DNA from: the human T2T-CHM13v2.0 reference genome, Homo sapiens
Assembly: GCF_009914755.1 (NCBI RefSeq)
Contig: NC_060932.1
Length of the DNA: 64,000 nt
Strand: one strand, 5' to 3'
Of this stretch, positions 13,701 to 31,378 are shown piece by piece. The number at the start of each line of letters is the position of its first letter. Position 1 is the first letter of the stretch. A program made the position numbers and the translations under genes. Under the pieces are notes generated by a model. The model was not told the DNA's origin, ran no database searches, and saw only the letters and a program-made list of their open reading frames with translations.

Positions 13701-16700
13701 TATGAAATGTACATTGCTTCAGTTCATGGGAATGATCATTAAACTTAAATTTGGGTACTACCAATAGTAGATAATTTGCCTCTCATCATTATGCTTAGGG
13801 CAATAAATAAGGTTATCAGTTACATATTTGTACAAAGCTCACAGAAGGTTACAACACTAACTCATATTCTATATACTCTTTGGATGGTACAGAGTTTCAC
13901 AACAGGGCCCAGCAAGAGGTTAAGATCGAGACTCTTGATTACACATGCAGGCGACAGCAAAAGTTGTCACCATCCCACATTTACAAAGCCCACTGTAGAA
14001 GTCCTGAGTCTAACAAGCAAATAAAGTACAAAGATGGAATTGTGAATTTCATATATGGATCTTGCTACAGGTGAGATAGTGACTCATTTCTGGACCCAGA
14101 TCTCAGGCATAATAATGGATCTCTTGTCTGAATCCAGCCTATAAGAGAGAGATTGTCTATCATAACTGGGTTTAGGGCAATATGTAAGATTGTGTGTCAA
14201 TACAAGCATGTAGGCCTCAGAGATTTTTGCAAGTCTCATTCATGTTGCATAAAGCCTTTGAATGTTGTAGAGTGTGCCATACGATGACCCAAAACACAAG
14301 TGAGATGGTGACTCTTATATGCACACAAGGCTAACAGTTAAAGGTGTCACTCCAAAAGATGAGGAGATTGTGTCATATCACTAGGCCTACTACCCCGGTG
14401 TTGAGACTTTTTGGTTTAAAGTATTTCCCATGGGAGCATTGCGAAATATTGCTGGGTTAGAATAATAATAATGTGACTCTTCTGCTTGGATCTAGCCAAC
14501 AGGAGACATTATCGCATGTCTCTGGGCCTATCAACTAGGTGATGTGTCTCTCCTGCCAGTGCCCTGCCCACAGGGGACACTGTGACATATTGCTAGATAT
14601 AGCATCTGGGTAATGTGACTCTCCCCTCTAGCATGGATTCTGCCCACTGAAGAAATTGTGATATAACACTGAGTGCAAAGCCTAGGTGATGTGACTCCCC
14701 TATTTGTCCCAGACTCTGCCAAGAGAGGGAATTATAACATATTGCTGAGCCCATCACCTAGGGAATGTGACTATCCACTATTTTTTCAACCCTGTATGCA
14801 GTGAGCATGATGACATGTTATTTGAGACTGTACCCAGGTGATATGACTCTTCTGACTTGGTTCTGCCTACAATGGAGATTATAATGTATCCCTGGCTCAG
14901 CACCAGCGTGATGTGACTCTTCTGCCTTGTCTCTGTCCAAAGGTGAATTTGTGACATATACCTGGATACAGCTCATATGCACAATAATAACTCTCATACC
15001 TAGACCCAGCCAGGGGATATATTTTGACTCTCATAGCCAGTCCTTTGGCAGTGAGTAAAGTACAGATCTCCCACCTGTAAGAATTCACAGAAAAGTATAC
15101 TACTCAGGCATGTTATATAAAGCCTGAGTGGTAAAAAGAGTGTCATAATAGGCACCAGCAACCAGGTGCTATTGTGACTCTTGGAACCACACCCAGCTGA
15201 CACAATTGTCATTCTCACACATGAACAGAGCCTACAAATGAGATACTAAATCTCACACACATAAGCAGTTGAAGAAGCTTGAAACTGTTATTGTCATACA
15301 TGAATCTAGGCCACAGGTGGTTTGGTGATGTTTGAACCACGATTCAGCAGTCCTGTGGGGCTTTGACTCTTCTACTGGAAAAATCTTCAAGTGGGATTGG
15401 GACTCTTATATGTGGATCTTGCCCTTTGCTGAGACTGTGACTCCTGTACTTCGACCCAACTCTTAGGAGGCATTAACTCCCATACCCAAAGCCAGGACTT
15501 GTGTGAGACTGTGAAACTTATTTCTGAACATTTTCAAGTGTGTGATTGAGAAGTATGACTTTGCCCAACATCTGAGTGTTTTCACTCTTCTTTTTAGGCC
15601 CAGAACACTGTTGAAATTGTGACATACATGCAGCGAGCACCTAAGCAATGTATAACACCTTCTTTGGCAATCTGACAAAGGGCATTGTTTATTATCACTG
15701 ATACCAGCACCCAGCTGATGGGAAATCTTGGCCTGATCCCTTCCTATAAAGTGCATTGTGGCTTTTTTTTAGCTCCATCATATAAGTAATGTCACTTCCT
15801 TCTACTGCCTTGGCCCTGCACTTATGTTGCATTGTGACACATAAATGGATAGTGTACACAGGTGATGTGATTCTTTTTTTTTTTTTTGAGGTGGGGGTGG
15901 TTCTGCCAATAGGAAGCTTTGTAACATATCACTTGGCTCAGCACCTAGCTGATGTTTCTTCTGTCTTGCCTGGGCCCTGACAACCAGAGAGATTGTGACA
16001 TATTGCTGTACCCAAGGTAAGGTCACCCTCCTGCCTTGGTCCTGCACACAGGGGCCATTGTGACATATATCCAGGCCAATTGCCTAGGTGAAGTTTGTCT
16101 CCTTTCCTGCCTAAGCCCTGCCCACGGGGAAGATTTAGATATATCACTAAAACCAGCACCCAAGTGATGTGACTCTTCACCAGAGTCCTGCCCACAAGGA
16201 GGATTGTGACATTTCACTGGACCAGCACCCACTCAGGTGATGTGACTCCTTTCTTCTCCTTGCCTACATATGATATTATGCATATACCTGAGGCCAGATC
16301 AAAGGCCTAATAACGACTCTTGTACCTGGAGCCATGAAATACACGGGATGGTAACTCTCATCCCTGAACCTTTCCACAGGTGTTATTGTCAAATATACCT
16401 TTGCCAAGCTCCTGAGTGATTTAATAATCCTACCTAGTTATAGCCCACAGAAGAAATTTAGACATATACCTGGGCGAAGAGACTTGGTGATTCGACTCTC
16501 GTGTCTTAACAGTGTCCTCAGAAGGGGTAGTAACATCTCTCTGGACACATCCTCTAGGTTATGTGACTCTCCTCTCCTGCCTGAACCCTGCTTCCAGTGA
16601 AGAGTGTAGCATTTCTAAACACAGCATCCAATTGACATGACTCTCTTGCCTGGGCCCTTTCAACAGGAGGCAATGTGGCATATCCCTGGGCCCATCATTT

Positions 16701-19700
16701 AGGTGATATGACTCTCCTCTCCTGCCTGGACACTCTCCACAGGGAGCATTATGCCATAGAGCTGGGTCTAGCACCCAAATTTTGTGACTTTTCTGTTAGG
16801 GCCCTGCCTACAAAGAGAATATTGTACTATTACTGGCTTAGGATTTAGGTCATGTGGTTGTCCTGCCTGTTTCATAATCACAGAGAGGAGGGTGACATAT
16901 ACCTAGGCACAGCTAATAGGCATGATAATGACTCTCATATGTGGACCCAGACAATAGGAGAAATGTTGACTCTTATAACTAGGTTTAGGGACATGAGTGA
17001 TGTCCAGGATCTCCTTCTGGTGCAAAGGTGCAAAGGTGCAAAGGTCACAGAAGATTACAACACTCACACATATTTTATAACAACCTTCAGTTTTACAGAG
17101 AGTGTTATAACAGGGCCTAGCACACAGAAGAAACTGTGAGTCTTGTATGCACAGCCAGTCGACTGTAAGGACTTTCACCATCACAGATGGATGAAGGCAA
17201 CTGTCCTACATGAAAACAGGACATGTGTGGTATCATAAATCTAATCCCTACAATTTTATTCTCTCAATTGTGATATAAATCTTTGCCAAGCACTTGTGTG
17301 ATTTCATTCTTCAGACCATTTCCAGCCTACATATGGGATTTTGATATCTACCTGGTCCAACCTTGAAGTGATGTGTCTCTTCTGCTTGGGCCCTGCTCTC
17401 AGGAAGAATTGTGACATCACTGGATCCAGCATCCAGGTGATGTTCATTCTTGCCTGCACCATGCCCTCAGACATCATTCTAACATATCACTGTGTCCATC
17501 ACTTAGAAGACATAACTCTTTTCTCTGAAATTGGCTCTACACATAGGGCAGGATAGTGACATATTCCTAGGCCAGGGAGACAGGTGATGATACTCTTTTG
17601 CCAGGACCATGCCCCAAAGAGGGCATTGTGACATATCACAGGGCCTGTCATGTAGGTAATATGGCTCTTCTGCTTGGGGCCTACACACTGGAATAGTGAC
17701 ATGTTGCTAGGTCAGGCACAAAGGTGATGGTATTCTTTTGCCTGGGCCACGCTTTAAGGAAGGCTTTGTAATGTTTTGCTGGTCCTATCACCCAGGTGAT
17801 ATGACTTTCTGCTTGACCCTGCCCACATGGAGCATTGTGACATAAGGGCGGCACCTGCACATAGGTGACATAACTCTCTTGCCTGGGTCCTTTTCTAAAG
17901 GGGACTGGTGAATGTCTCAGTACCCAGGACCAGGTGGGTCTCCAGCCTGGTTTCTTCAGCCTGGTTTCTGCCCACATATTCAACTGTGACATATACCTAA
18001 AGAAGCACCCAGGTGATATGACTCTCTTTTTGTGCCTGAGCCCTGCCTACTGGTAACATTGGGCCATATCTCTCTGAGCCCATGACCTAAGTGATGTGAC
18101 TCTCTTCTTCTCTCTGGGCCTTTACAATGGGATGATTGTGATGTATTGTATTCATGAGCCCAACATTTAGGTAATACGACTCTCATGTTGTTGCTGAACA
18201 TTGCCCACGAACAGGACCTATGCCGTATTTCAGGGCCCAGCACCCAGATGATGTAACTCTTCTGCCTAAGTCCTGCATAAAGAGGGAATTATAGCAATTC
18301 TTCAGCCTAGCACCCTAATGATGTGTCTCTCCTGCCTGTGCCAGGGCCACAGAAGGTATTTTGACATATCTTTGGCCCATTCTGTATGTGTTTTGGCTCT
18401 CATCACTTTGCTGGGTTTCTTCCACGTGTGGTTGTATCATATTGTTGGCTCCAGCCCCCAATTAATGTGACCCTCTTTCCTAGGTGCTGCCTAGAGGGGG
18501 CATTGTGACATATTGCTTGGCAAATCACCTAAGCAATGTTAACCTTCTGCCTAGTTTTTTGCCCACAAATGGGATTATGACATATACCTTGCTTCAGTTC
18601 AAAGGCATGATGATCAAGTTTCTTTAGGGATTCAGCCAATAGGAGATATTTTGCCTGTCACCACTAGGTTTAGGTCAATAGGTAAGGTCCTCCATTGCAT
18701 ATTTGTGCAAAGCTCGCAGAAGTTTACAACACTAACTCATAATGTATAAACTTCTTAGGTGGTACAGAGAGTTTCATAACAGTGCCCAGGAAAAAGTTAA
18801 GATTGTGCCTCTCAGCTACACACCCAGATGAGGTAAAAGTTGTTACCATCCTACATTTACAATGCCCATTGTTGAGTTCCTGAGTCTAACAAGTGAATAC
18901 AGCACAAAGTTGGAATTGTGACTTTCATAAGTGATTCTGGCCACAGATGGGATGGTGACTCATTTCTGGTCCCAGTTCACAGGAGTAATAGCAGTCTCAT
19001 TCCTGAGGCCATCCTATGGGAGAGCTGTTGACTATCATACCTAGGTTTAGAGCAATATGTAACATCGTGAGTCCATATAAACATGTAGGCCTCAGAGAGG
19101 TTTGCAACTCTCATTCATGTTGTATAAAGTTCTCAGATGTTGTAGAGAGTGTCATACAATTGCCAGAGCACACATGAGATTTTGACTCTAATATACACAA
19201 CTACCTAGGTGTTAATGGTGTCACCCTTAAAGATGAGGAGATTGTGTCATATCCCTCTGCCTAGTACCACAGGCTTGAGACTTTTTGGTTTAAATTCCCT
19301 TCCATAAGGGCATTGTTACATATCACTGGGTCAGAATCATGATGATGTGACTCTTCTGCCTGGGTCTTGAAAACAAGAGATATTTTCACATATGTCCAGG
19401 CCTATTGGCTAGGTGATATGTCTCTCCTGCCAGTGCCTTGCCCACAGGGGACACTGTCACATATTGCTAGATACAGCACCTGGATAATGTGACTTTCCTC
19501 TCCTGCCTGGATCCTGCCCACTGAAGAAATTGTGACATACCACTGAGTACAAAGCATTGGTGACATGACTCTGCTGTTTGTCCTGGACCCTGCCAAGAGA
19601 GGGAATTTTTACATATTGATGAGCTCAGCAGCCAGGTGATGTGATTGTCTTTTTATCTTCAAACCTGTCTTCATTGGTCATGGTGACACATTACTTGAGG

Positions 19701-21017
19701 CTGTACCCAGGTGATGTGGCTCTTCTGTCTGGTTTCTGCCCCCATGTAAGATTGTGACATATAATTAAGGAAGCACCTAGGTGATGTGACTCTCCTTTTC
19801 TGCCTGGGCCCTCCCTACTGGGGACACTGGGATATATCTCTGAGTTCATGACCTAAGTGAAGTGACTCTCTTCTCTGGCCTGGTCTTTACAAGGGAGGGA
19901 TTGTGACATATTGCTGAACCCAGCACTCAGGTATTTGACTCTCTTTTTTTTTTTTGAACCATGCACACAAACAGAAATTTTCATCTATTGCAGGGCCCAG
20001 AATCCAGATAATGTTACTTGTTTGCCTGGGTCCTGCATATAGAGAGAATTGCGGCATATTGCTGGGCCCATCCCCATAATAAAGTGACTCTCATGCCTGT
20101 CCCAGAACCACAGAAGGCATTTTGACATATCCTGGGCCTATTATATAGGCCTTTTGGCTCTATAACTTGGCTGGGTTTTTTCCACATGTGGAATAGTGTC
20201 ATACTGGTGAGTCCAGCACCCAGTTAATGTGGCCCTAATTCTTATATCCTGGCTACAGAGGGCATTGTGACATGTTGCTTGTCACAGCACCTAAGTGATA
20301 TTATCCTCCTGCCTATTTTTTGGCCACAAATGGGACTACGACATATACCTTACTTCAGTTCAGAGGGATGATTGTCAAACCCATATTGGGATTCAAACAA
20401 TAGGAGATAGTTTGACTTTCATCACTAGGCCTAGGGCAATAAGTAAGGTCCTGTCCTGGGTTGCATATTTGTACCAAACTCACAGAACTTTACAAAACTA
20501 ACTCATGATGCATAAACCCCTTTGTGGTACAGAGGGTTTCATGACAGGGACCAGCAAAAATTAAGATTGGGACTCTTGATTACATATCCAGGTGAAAGCA
20601 AATGTTGTCAACATCCCACATATCCAAAGACCAATGTTAAGGTACTGAGTCTAAAAAGTGAATACAGTACAAAGTTGGAATTGTGACCTTCATATGTGGC
20701 TCTGGCCACAGGTGGGATGGTGACTCATTTCTGGATCCAGCTGACAGGCATAATAATGGAACTCAGTTTTGAACTCAGCCTACAGAAGAGATGTTGACTA
20801 TTATACCTGGGCTTAGGGCAACATGTAAGATCGTGAATCCATACAAGCATGTAGGCCTCAGAGAGGTTTGCAACTGTCATAAATGCTGTATAAAGCCTTC
20901 AAATGTTGTAGAGTATCACACAATGGCCCAGGAAACACGTGAGATTGTGACTCTCATACACACCCCCAGCTCACAGTTAATAGTGTCACCCTCAAAGACA
21001 AGGAGATTTGGCATATC
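7708..21017 (-). repeat. Complex diverged beta-satellite (BSR-like) array, left part
   Basis: Recurring acccaggtgatgtgactctcctgcctgggccctgcccacaggggcattgtgacatatc, the reverse complement of the 68-bp Sau3A beta satellite, ~70-bp period, organised in kb-scale modules. Confidence 0.9.
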
Positions 21018-21033
21018 TTCTTGTATAATCACT

Positions 21034-21703
21034 TAGTGCTTTTACTTAGGTTGTGTATTAGAAATGCAGTAGTTGTTAAAAGTAAATAATCAGGTTTAGA
21101 ATGGTAATATTTGGGTTATAAATTAGTACTGCTATTATTCTACCTATGTGAGTAATTGAGGAGTAGGCTAGGAATTTATGAAGTTGTTTTTGATTAAGTC
21201 CTCCCCAACCACCCACTATAATGAATAAGATTGTGATAGATAGGAGAATATTCATGTTTATTGATGGAAAATTTGAAACATAATCAAGATACAGGCTAGT
21301 TTTTGTCATGTGAGGAGAAGTATGCCAGATATTAGAGAGCTTCCTTTGGTTTTTGCTGGGATTCAGAAGTGAAAAGGGGCTATTCCTAGTTTTATTACTA
21401 GGGCTGTTATTATTATTAATGATGAAAATTTATTAATAGTGTTTATTATTGTTCATTGTCTGCAGGACAGGTTAGTGGAAAGGATACCTATCATGAGAAT
21501 TATAGATGTGGTTGCTTGTGTAAGGAAATATTTGGTGGATGCTTCTTTAGAGCGGGGATTAATTTTTTAATTAAGATTGGGGTAAGAACTAGTATATTTA
21601 TTCCTAGTCCTGTTCAGATGAGAAATCAGTATGAGCCTAGCATTGTGCTAAGAGTTCCTGTGACAATAGTAAAGGAGATAATAAGTTAAGCTAATGGATT
21701 AGT
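21034..21703 (-). pseudogene. MT-ND2: NUMT ND2 pseudogene, 3' truncated
   Basis: [24 protein letters not shown]; begins right after tRNA-Met; start codon mutated to ACT. Confidence 0.93.
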
Positions 21704-21771
21704 TAGTAAGGGAAGGGTATAACCAATTTTTTCAGGGTATGGGTCTGATAGCTTATTTAGCTGAACTTACT
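21704..21771 (-). tRNA. MT-TM: NUMT copy of mt-tRNA-Met (non-functional)
   Basis: agtaagttcagctaaataagctatcagacccataccctgaa... Confidence 0.9.
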
Positions 21772-21772
21772 T

Positions 21773-21844
21773 TACGACATGGTGTAATAAGTAGCACAGA
21801 GAATTTTGGGTTCTCAGGGGTAGGTTCAATTCCCATAGTTCTAG
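21773..21844 (+). tRNA. MT-TQ: NUMT copy of mt-tRNA-Gln
   Basis: ...gcacagagaattttgggttctcaggggtaggttcaattcccatagttctag; position in the IQM cluster. Confidence 0.9.
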
Positions 21845-21910
21845 AAATAAGAGGATTTTAACCTCCATTGTTTAGTCTATCAAAGTAATTCTTTTGTTGA
21901 ACATATTTCC
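21842..21910 (-). tRNA. MT-TI: NUMT copy of mt-tRNA-Ile
   Basis: ggaaatatgttcaacaaaagaattactttgatagac...cttatttcta. Confidence 0.88.
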
Positions 21911-22221
21911 TATGTTTGGTGTGGAATTAGAAGATCTGGTATAGGAAGGGGAGTCCACATATAGGAAGGGGAGTCCACAAGAGGAGAAAGGGTAAGGGTT
22001 GTAGCAATAATATAAAGGGTAATAGTAGATGTTGAGGGCCGTAACAGTTCCTTGGTGAGAAGTTTTATTGCATCAACGAATGGTTGAAGTAGTCTTTAGG
22101 GACCTACAGTGTTAGGTCCTTTGTGTAGTTGTATATAGCCTAAGATTTTTTGTTCAATTAGTGTAAGGAATGTTATAGTGATTAGAGTGGGAATAATTAG
22201 TAGAAGTTTAATTATAGGCAT
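21911..22221 (-). pseudogene. MT-ND1: NUMT ND1 pseudogene with ~650-bp internal deletion
   Basis: ATG at 22221 after tRNA-Leu; the 5' ~95 codons are joined to the last 17 nt (attccacaccaaacata). Confidence 0.9.
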
Positions 22222-22223
22222 AT

Positions 22224-22298
22224 TGTTAAGAAGAGGTGTTGAACTTCTAATTATAAAGTCTTAAGTTTTATGCAATTGCTGGGCTATGCCATCTTAAC
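22224..22298 (-). tRNA. MT-TL1: NUMT copy of mt-tRNA-Leu(UUR)
   Basis: gttaagatggcatagcccagcaattgcataaaacttaagac...ctcttcttaaca. Confidence 0.9.
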
Positions 22299-23854
22299 AA
22301 ACCCTGTTTTTGAGCAGGGTGTGTGGTGAGTTGTTAGACTGAGATAACATCATCTATGCAGTGAGGGTGCTTTATGAAGTTGGCCCTATTTCTCTTACCC
22401 TTTCATACTAGGAGAAATGTTAAATAGATAGAAACCGACCTGGGTTACTCTGGTCTGAACTCATATCACGGAGGACTTGAATCCTTGAACAAGTGAACCC
22501 TTAATAGCGGCTACACCATTAGGATGCCCTGATCCAACATCGAGGTCATAAACCCTATTGTCAATATGGACTCCAGAATAGGATTGTGCTGTTATCGCTA
22601 GGGTAACTTATTCTGTTGATCAAATTACTGGGTCAATGTGTGTCAACTCGCTTAGACTAGTGCCATCTTAGTTTGGGTTGTTCGGAGATTGAATTATGCT
22701 CCAAGGTCAACCCAACTAAAAATTTTAATGCAGGGATAGTATGCTAGAGCCTGTCAGCTTTTTTGAGTTTTTATTTGCAATAATGAATTAAAGCTCCATA
22801 GGGTCTTCTCATCTTATTTGTTTATATCCACCTCTTCACAGATAGGTCAATTTCATTAATTAAAAGTGAGAGACAGCTGAACACTCATGTGGCCATTCAT
22901 ACAAGTCCCTATTTGCGGAACAAGTGATTATTCTACCTTTGCACTGTCAGGATACTGCGGCCATTGAACATATGTCACTGGGCAGGCAGTGCCTCTAATA
23001 CTCGTAATGCTAGAGGTGATGTTTTTGGTAAACAGGCAGGGTAAGACTTGCAGAGTTCCTTTTAGTTTTTGTAATCTTTCCTTAGAGCATACCTGTGTTG
23101 GATTAACAGTATAAATAATAGGGTGTTTATTATATTGCTTATTAATATTAGGCTGTTAACTGTCAGTGGATTATTGGGGTCTGATATAAGCTTATGCAAT
23201 GGAGAATATCTTCATGTTACTTATATTAACATTACTGGTTCTATTAAGTAATAGATTAGTCCAATGTGATGTTAGGAGTTCAGTAGGATGATTAGAATTT
23301 TAGATAATTAGATGTTGAGCTTGAACGCTTTCTTAATTGGTGGCTGCTTTTGGGCCATATATGCCAACTATGGTGGTGATATTTTTTATTCCCTGTAGGA
23401 CAGTTGTTTCCTAATGTCTAAAGAGCTGTCCCTCTTTAGACTAACACTTAAAGTTACAGGGAGATTAAGTAAGTCTGTGGGTAAGTTTAAAGTTGAAAAC
23501 AATCAGCTGTTACCAGGCTTGGTAGGCTTGTCACCACTACTCATGAATCTTCCCACTATTTTGCTACATAGATGGGTGTGCTGTTTTAGCTGTTACTGAG
23601 TAGCTCGTCTGGTTTTGGGGGACTTGGTTATGGTTCTCTGTGTAAAGTTATTTCTGGTTAATACATTATGCAGAAGGTATAAGGGTTTGTCTTTGCTTTT
23701 TAATGCTGTATTCAGTTCTTTCATCTTTCCCTTAGGGTATTATGTCTATTATGCCAGGGTGAAAATTTCTATCACCTATAGCTTTTTCTAAGGTAAATGG
23801 TTGGATTAAGATGGTTTGATAATATTTTTAGTGAAGTTTGGGTTTAGAGTTGGC
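22299..23854 (-). rRNA. MT-RNR2: NUMT copy of mt 16S rRNA (pseudogene)
   Basis: Conserved motifs gacctcgatgttggatcagg, cctgtttaccaaaaacatcacctctagc and gatgagaagaccctatggagcttt on minus. Confidence 0.95.
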
Positions 23855-23923
23855 TCAAAGTGATCAGGTCGTGACAAAATCTTCTGGATGTAAGCCAGAT
23901 GCTTTAAGTTAAGCTGTACTTTG
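23855..23923 (-). tRNA. MT-TV: NUMT copy of mt-tRNA-Val
   Basis: caaagtacagcttaacttaaagcatctggcttacatccagaagattt, between 12S and 16S. Confidence 0.88.
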
Positions 23924-24858
23924 GTTTATCCAAGCACACTTTCCAGTATGTTTACCATGTTACAACCTATCTCCTCTATATGTGCATAGAGAGTTTTTAG
24001 TAATTTCTAGAATAATATTTGAGGAGAGTGATGGGAGGGGTGTGCATGCTTCATGGCTTTATTCAACCAAGCACTCTGATCTTGGTTTACTGCTAAATCC
24101 TCCTTGAGCCCTTCGATTTCATAAAGGTTGTTGTGAGATTTTCTGGGTATACAAAATGTAGTCTACTTCTTGCCACCTCATGAGCTACACCTTGACCTAA
24201 CGTTTTTATGTGTACACTTGTGCTTACTCTATAACCACTTTAGGGTTTGCTGAAGATGGTGGTATATAGGCTGGGCAAGAGGTGGTGAGGTATATTGGGG
24301 TTTATTAATTATAGAACAGGATCCTCTAGAGGGATATAAGCAGCATCAAATCCTTTGAGTTTTTAGCTGTTGCTGGTAGTATTCTGGCAAATTTTTTTTT
24401 AAATGTAACTATTAGAGTTTAGGGGTAAGCATAGTGGGGTATCTAATCCCAGTTTGGGTCTTAGCTGTTGCATCTTCAGGATATTAAAGGCACATTCATA
24501 GTATATTTTATTTCAGCTGGAGTTTTTTACAACTTAGACGGAGTTTAGCTTTATTGAGGGCAGACCTTAAGCACTGTTTTCACCAAGTTCAATTAGCTTG
24601 GGTTAATCGTATGGCTGCGGTGGCTGGCATGAAATTGACCAATGCTAGATATCACTATAGATTAAAGTCTCACTTATTACTAAATATTTATCAGTGCTTT
24701 TTCCCATGGGGGTGTGGTTGAGTAAAGTGTTTTGAGCTGCATTTGTGCATGCTTGATACTTGCTCCTTTTGTTCCGGGTGATCTAAAAGGCATTTTCACT
24801 GGGGTGGGGATGCTTGCATGTGTAATCTTACTAAGAGCTAATAGAAAGGCCAGGACCA
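23924..24858 (-). rRNA. MT-RNR1: NUMT copy of mt 12S rRNA (its first 8 nt displaced to 29849-29856 by the insertion)
   Basis: caaactgggattagataccccactatgctt and tggtcctggcctttctattagctcttagtaag on minus. Confidence 0.95.
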
Positions 24859-24963
24859 TGCTCACTTCGGCAGCACATATGCTAAAACTGGAAACATACA
24901 GAGAAGATTAGCATGGCCCCTGAGCAAGGATGACACGCAAATTCGTGAAGTGCTCCATATTTT
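24859..24963 (+). pseudogene. RNU6: U6 snRNA retrocopy, 5' part of a U6/L1 chimera
   Basis: tgctcacttcggcagcacatat...acagagaagattagcatggcccctgagcaaggatgacacgcaaattcgtgaagtgctccatatttt; essentially full-length U6; no upstream Pol III promoter. Confidence 0.97.
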
Positions 24964-29832
<4,869 letters not shown>

Positions 29833-29856
29833 AGAAAGGACAGGGCCAAACCTATT

Positions 29857-29931
29857 TGTTCATGGTGTTGTGCAGACCCATCTAGACATTTTTAGTGGTG
29901 TCTTGCTTTGAAATAATTAAGCTACATTAAC
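29857..29931 (-). tRNA. MT-TF: NUMT copy of mt-tRNA-Phe
   Basis: gttaatgtagcttaattatttcaaagcaagacacc...aaaatgtctagatggg...catgaaca. Confidence 0.88.
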
Positions 29932-31241
29932 TGTATAAATACTTAAGTCTAAAATTAGAACATGAGAAGGAAAGAAATAAATATAAATAGCCATTTACAG
30001 TTCTTGGAATTCAGGGTCTTTACAGTTGAATTGGAAGAGGTTGAGAGGATTACTCATAATTAGAATATAATCGATTTAGGGTACAATATAGGGGGTAGCG
30101 CTTTTACAGGAATATGCTCAAGGTATTATATTACTTTAGGGTGGAAGTTTAGTTATTGCATTTATTATATAAAATGGAGGCTTGATTTGGGGGGAATCTT
30201 AAGATTTTTAGGAAAATTATATCAATCGAGGGGTAGCTGTTGGGGTATTCATGGTTAAAATATTATTTTGGGGCTCTGACTGGGTTGCATTTTAGTGTCT
30301 TGTTTTTGGGGTTTGGCAAGGGTACATTTACCTTGGTTGATGGTAAAGTCAGAGATGGGAGAGGAGGAGTTTGCAAATTTAATCAGAAATAGTTCTTGAA
30401 AGTGAGCATACGTGCATGAGCATACGTACGTGAGCATACGTGTCTATTAATTGTTATGTCCTTCAAGCATTAATTAATTCACAACTTATTGTTATTATGC
30501 CAGCCCAGAATATTCAATTTAAGCTCAGCTTCTACGATTGATTTGGCAGGAATCAAATCCGAGTTCGTCTACAGCTGATTCGGCAGGTACCAGGGCGTCC
30601 GCGATGGTGAGTGATAGCACCGCGATGGTGAGTGACAGTGCTGCCGTGACTGGTTAATAGGGTGGTAGTCGTTAGTCCATCGAGATATCTTATTTAAGGG
30701 GAATGTGTGGGCGATTTTAGTTTCATGGTCCTGAAGTAAGAACCAGATGCCAGGTATAGTTTCAAAACAGTCACCCCCAAGTGTTGTGGGCCCAGAGCGA
30801 GGAGGTTAGTACTCCCAAGCAGGATGATGATTTCAAGGAGGTTGGTGGATTAAGAGATCAGAATGTAGTAGGGGATATCCATGTTGATAAGGGATTTCTT
30901 GACTGAAATGTGCTGTGTCCAATGAACGAAGTATGCACTATGTAATATTAAGGATATCTAGTACGGGTCAATATTCGCATGGATTAGACTTGTATTGTAC
31001 AGTCAATAATAGTAGATGTACCACAGTTGATTAAGGGAATGTCAATACATGCTTATATGTATATGGACTGGATTTGTAATGTATCTTCATGTATCAATGT
31101 ACTATGTATAAGTAAACAATTATAGTACTATATAATTCATGGGTGCTAACAGTAATGCACAAAGTACATGAAACCACTAATGTATTAGTGCTAGTTGATT
31201 AATATTGACATAGTAGTTAAAGTGTGTGCTGTGAAAAAATT
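29932..31241 (-). promoter_or_regulatory. NUMT copy of the complete mitochondrial control region (D-loop), ~1310 bp
   Basis: Between tRNA-Phe and tRNA-Pro; CSB3 30301-30318, CSB2-like 30357-30372, CSB1 30454-30473; central domain catctggttcttacttcagg; TACAT/ATGTA-rich ETAS domain. Confidence 0.92.
30402..30443. repeat. 3 x 14-bp RS3-like repeat in the NUMT control region
   Basis: gtgagcatacgtgc / atgagcatacgtac / gtgagcatacgtgt, between CSB1 and CSB2. Confidence 0.85.
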
Positions 31242-31309
31242 CAAGGAGTAGTTTAATTAGAATTTCAGCTTTGGTTGTTGACGATGAAGTGGGAATGCTT
31301 TTTCCCTGA
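31242..31309 (+). tRNA. MT-TP: NUMT copy of mt-tRNA-Pro
   Basis: caaggagtagtttaattagaatttcagctttgg...tttccctga. Confidence 0.85.
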
Positions 31310-31311
31310 GT

Positions 31312-31378
31312 TGTCCTGGGGAGGGGATTCTCCATTTCTCGTTTACAAGACCAGAGTATTCAATTATACTGCAAGAGC
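31312..31378 (-). tRNA. MT-TT: NUMT copy of mt-tRNA-Thr
   Basis: gctcttgcagtataattgaatactctggtcttgtaaacgagaaatggag. Confidence 0.87.

Noticed and set aside
17019-17045. Perfect (ggtgcaaa)3 repeat
   Set aside because: Simple local slippage; single copy in paralogs; no sign of function
22822-22896. Humanin-like (MTRNR2L) ORF in the NUMT 16S
   Set aside because: Reads ATG GCC ACA TGA: stop at codon 4 (CGA>TGA)
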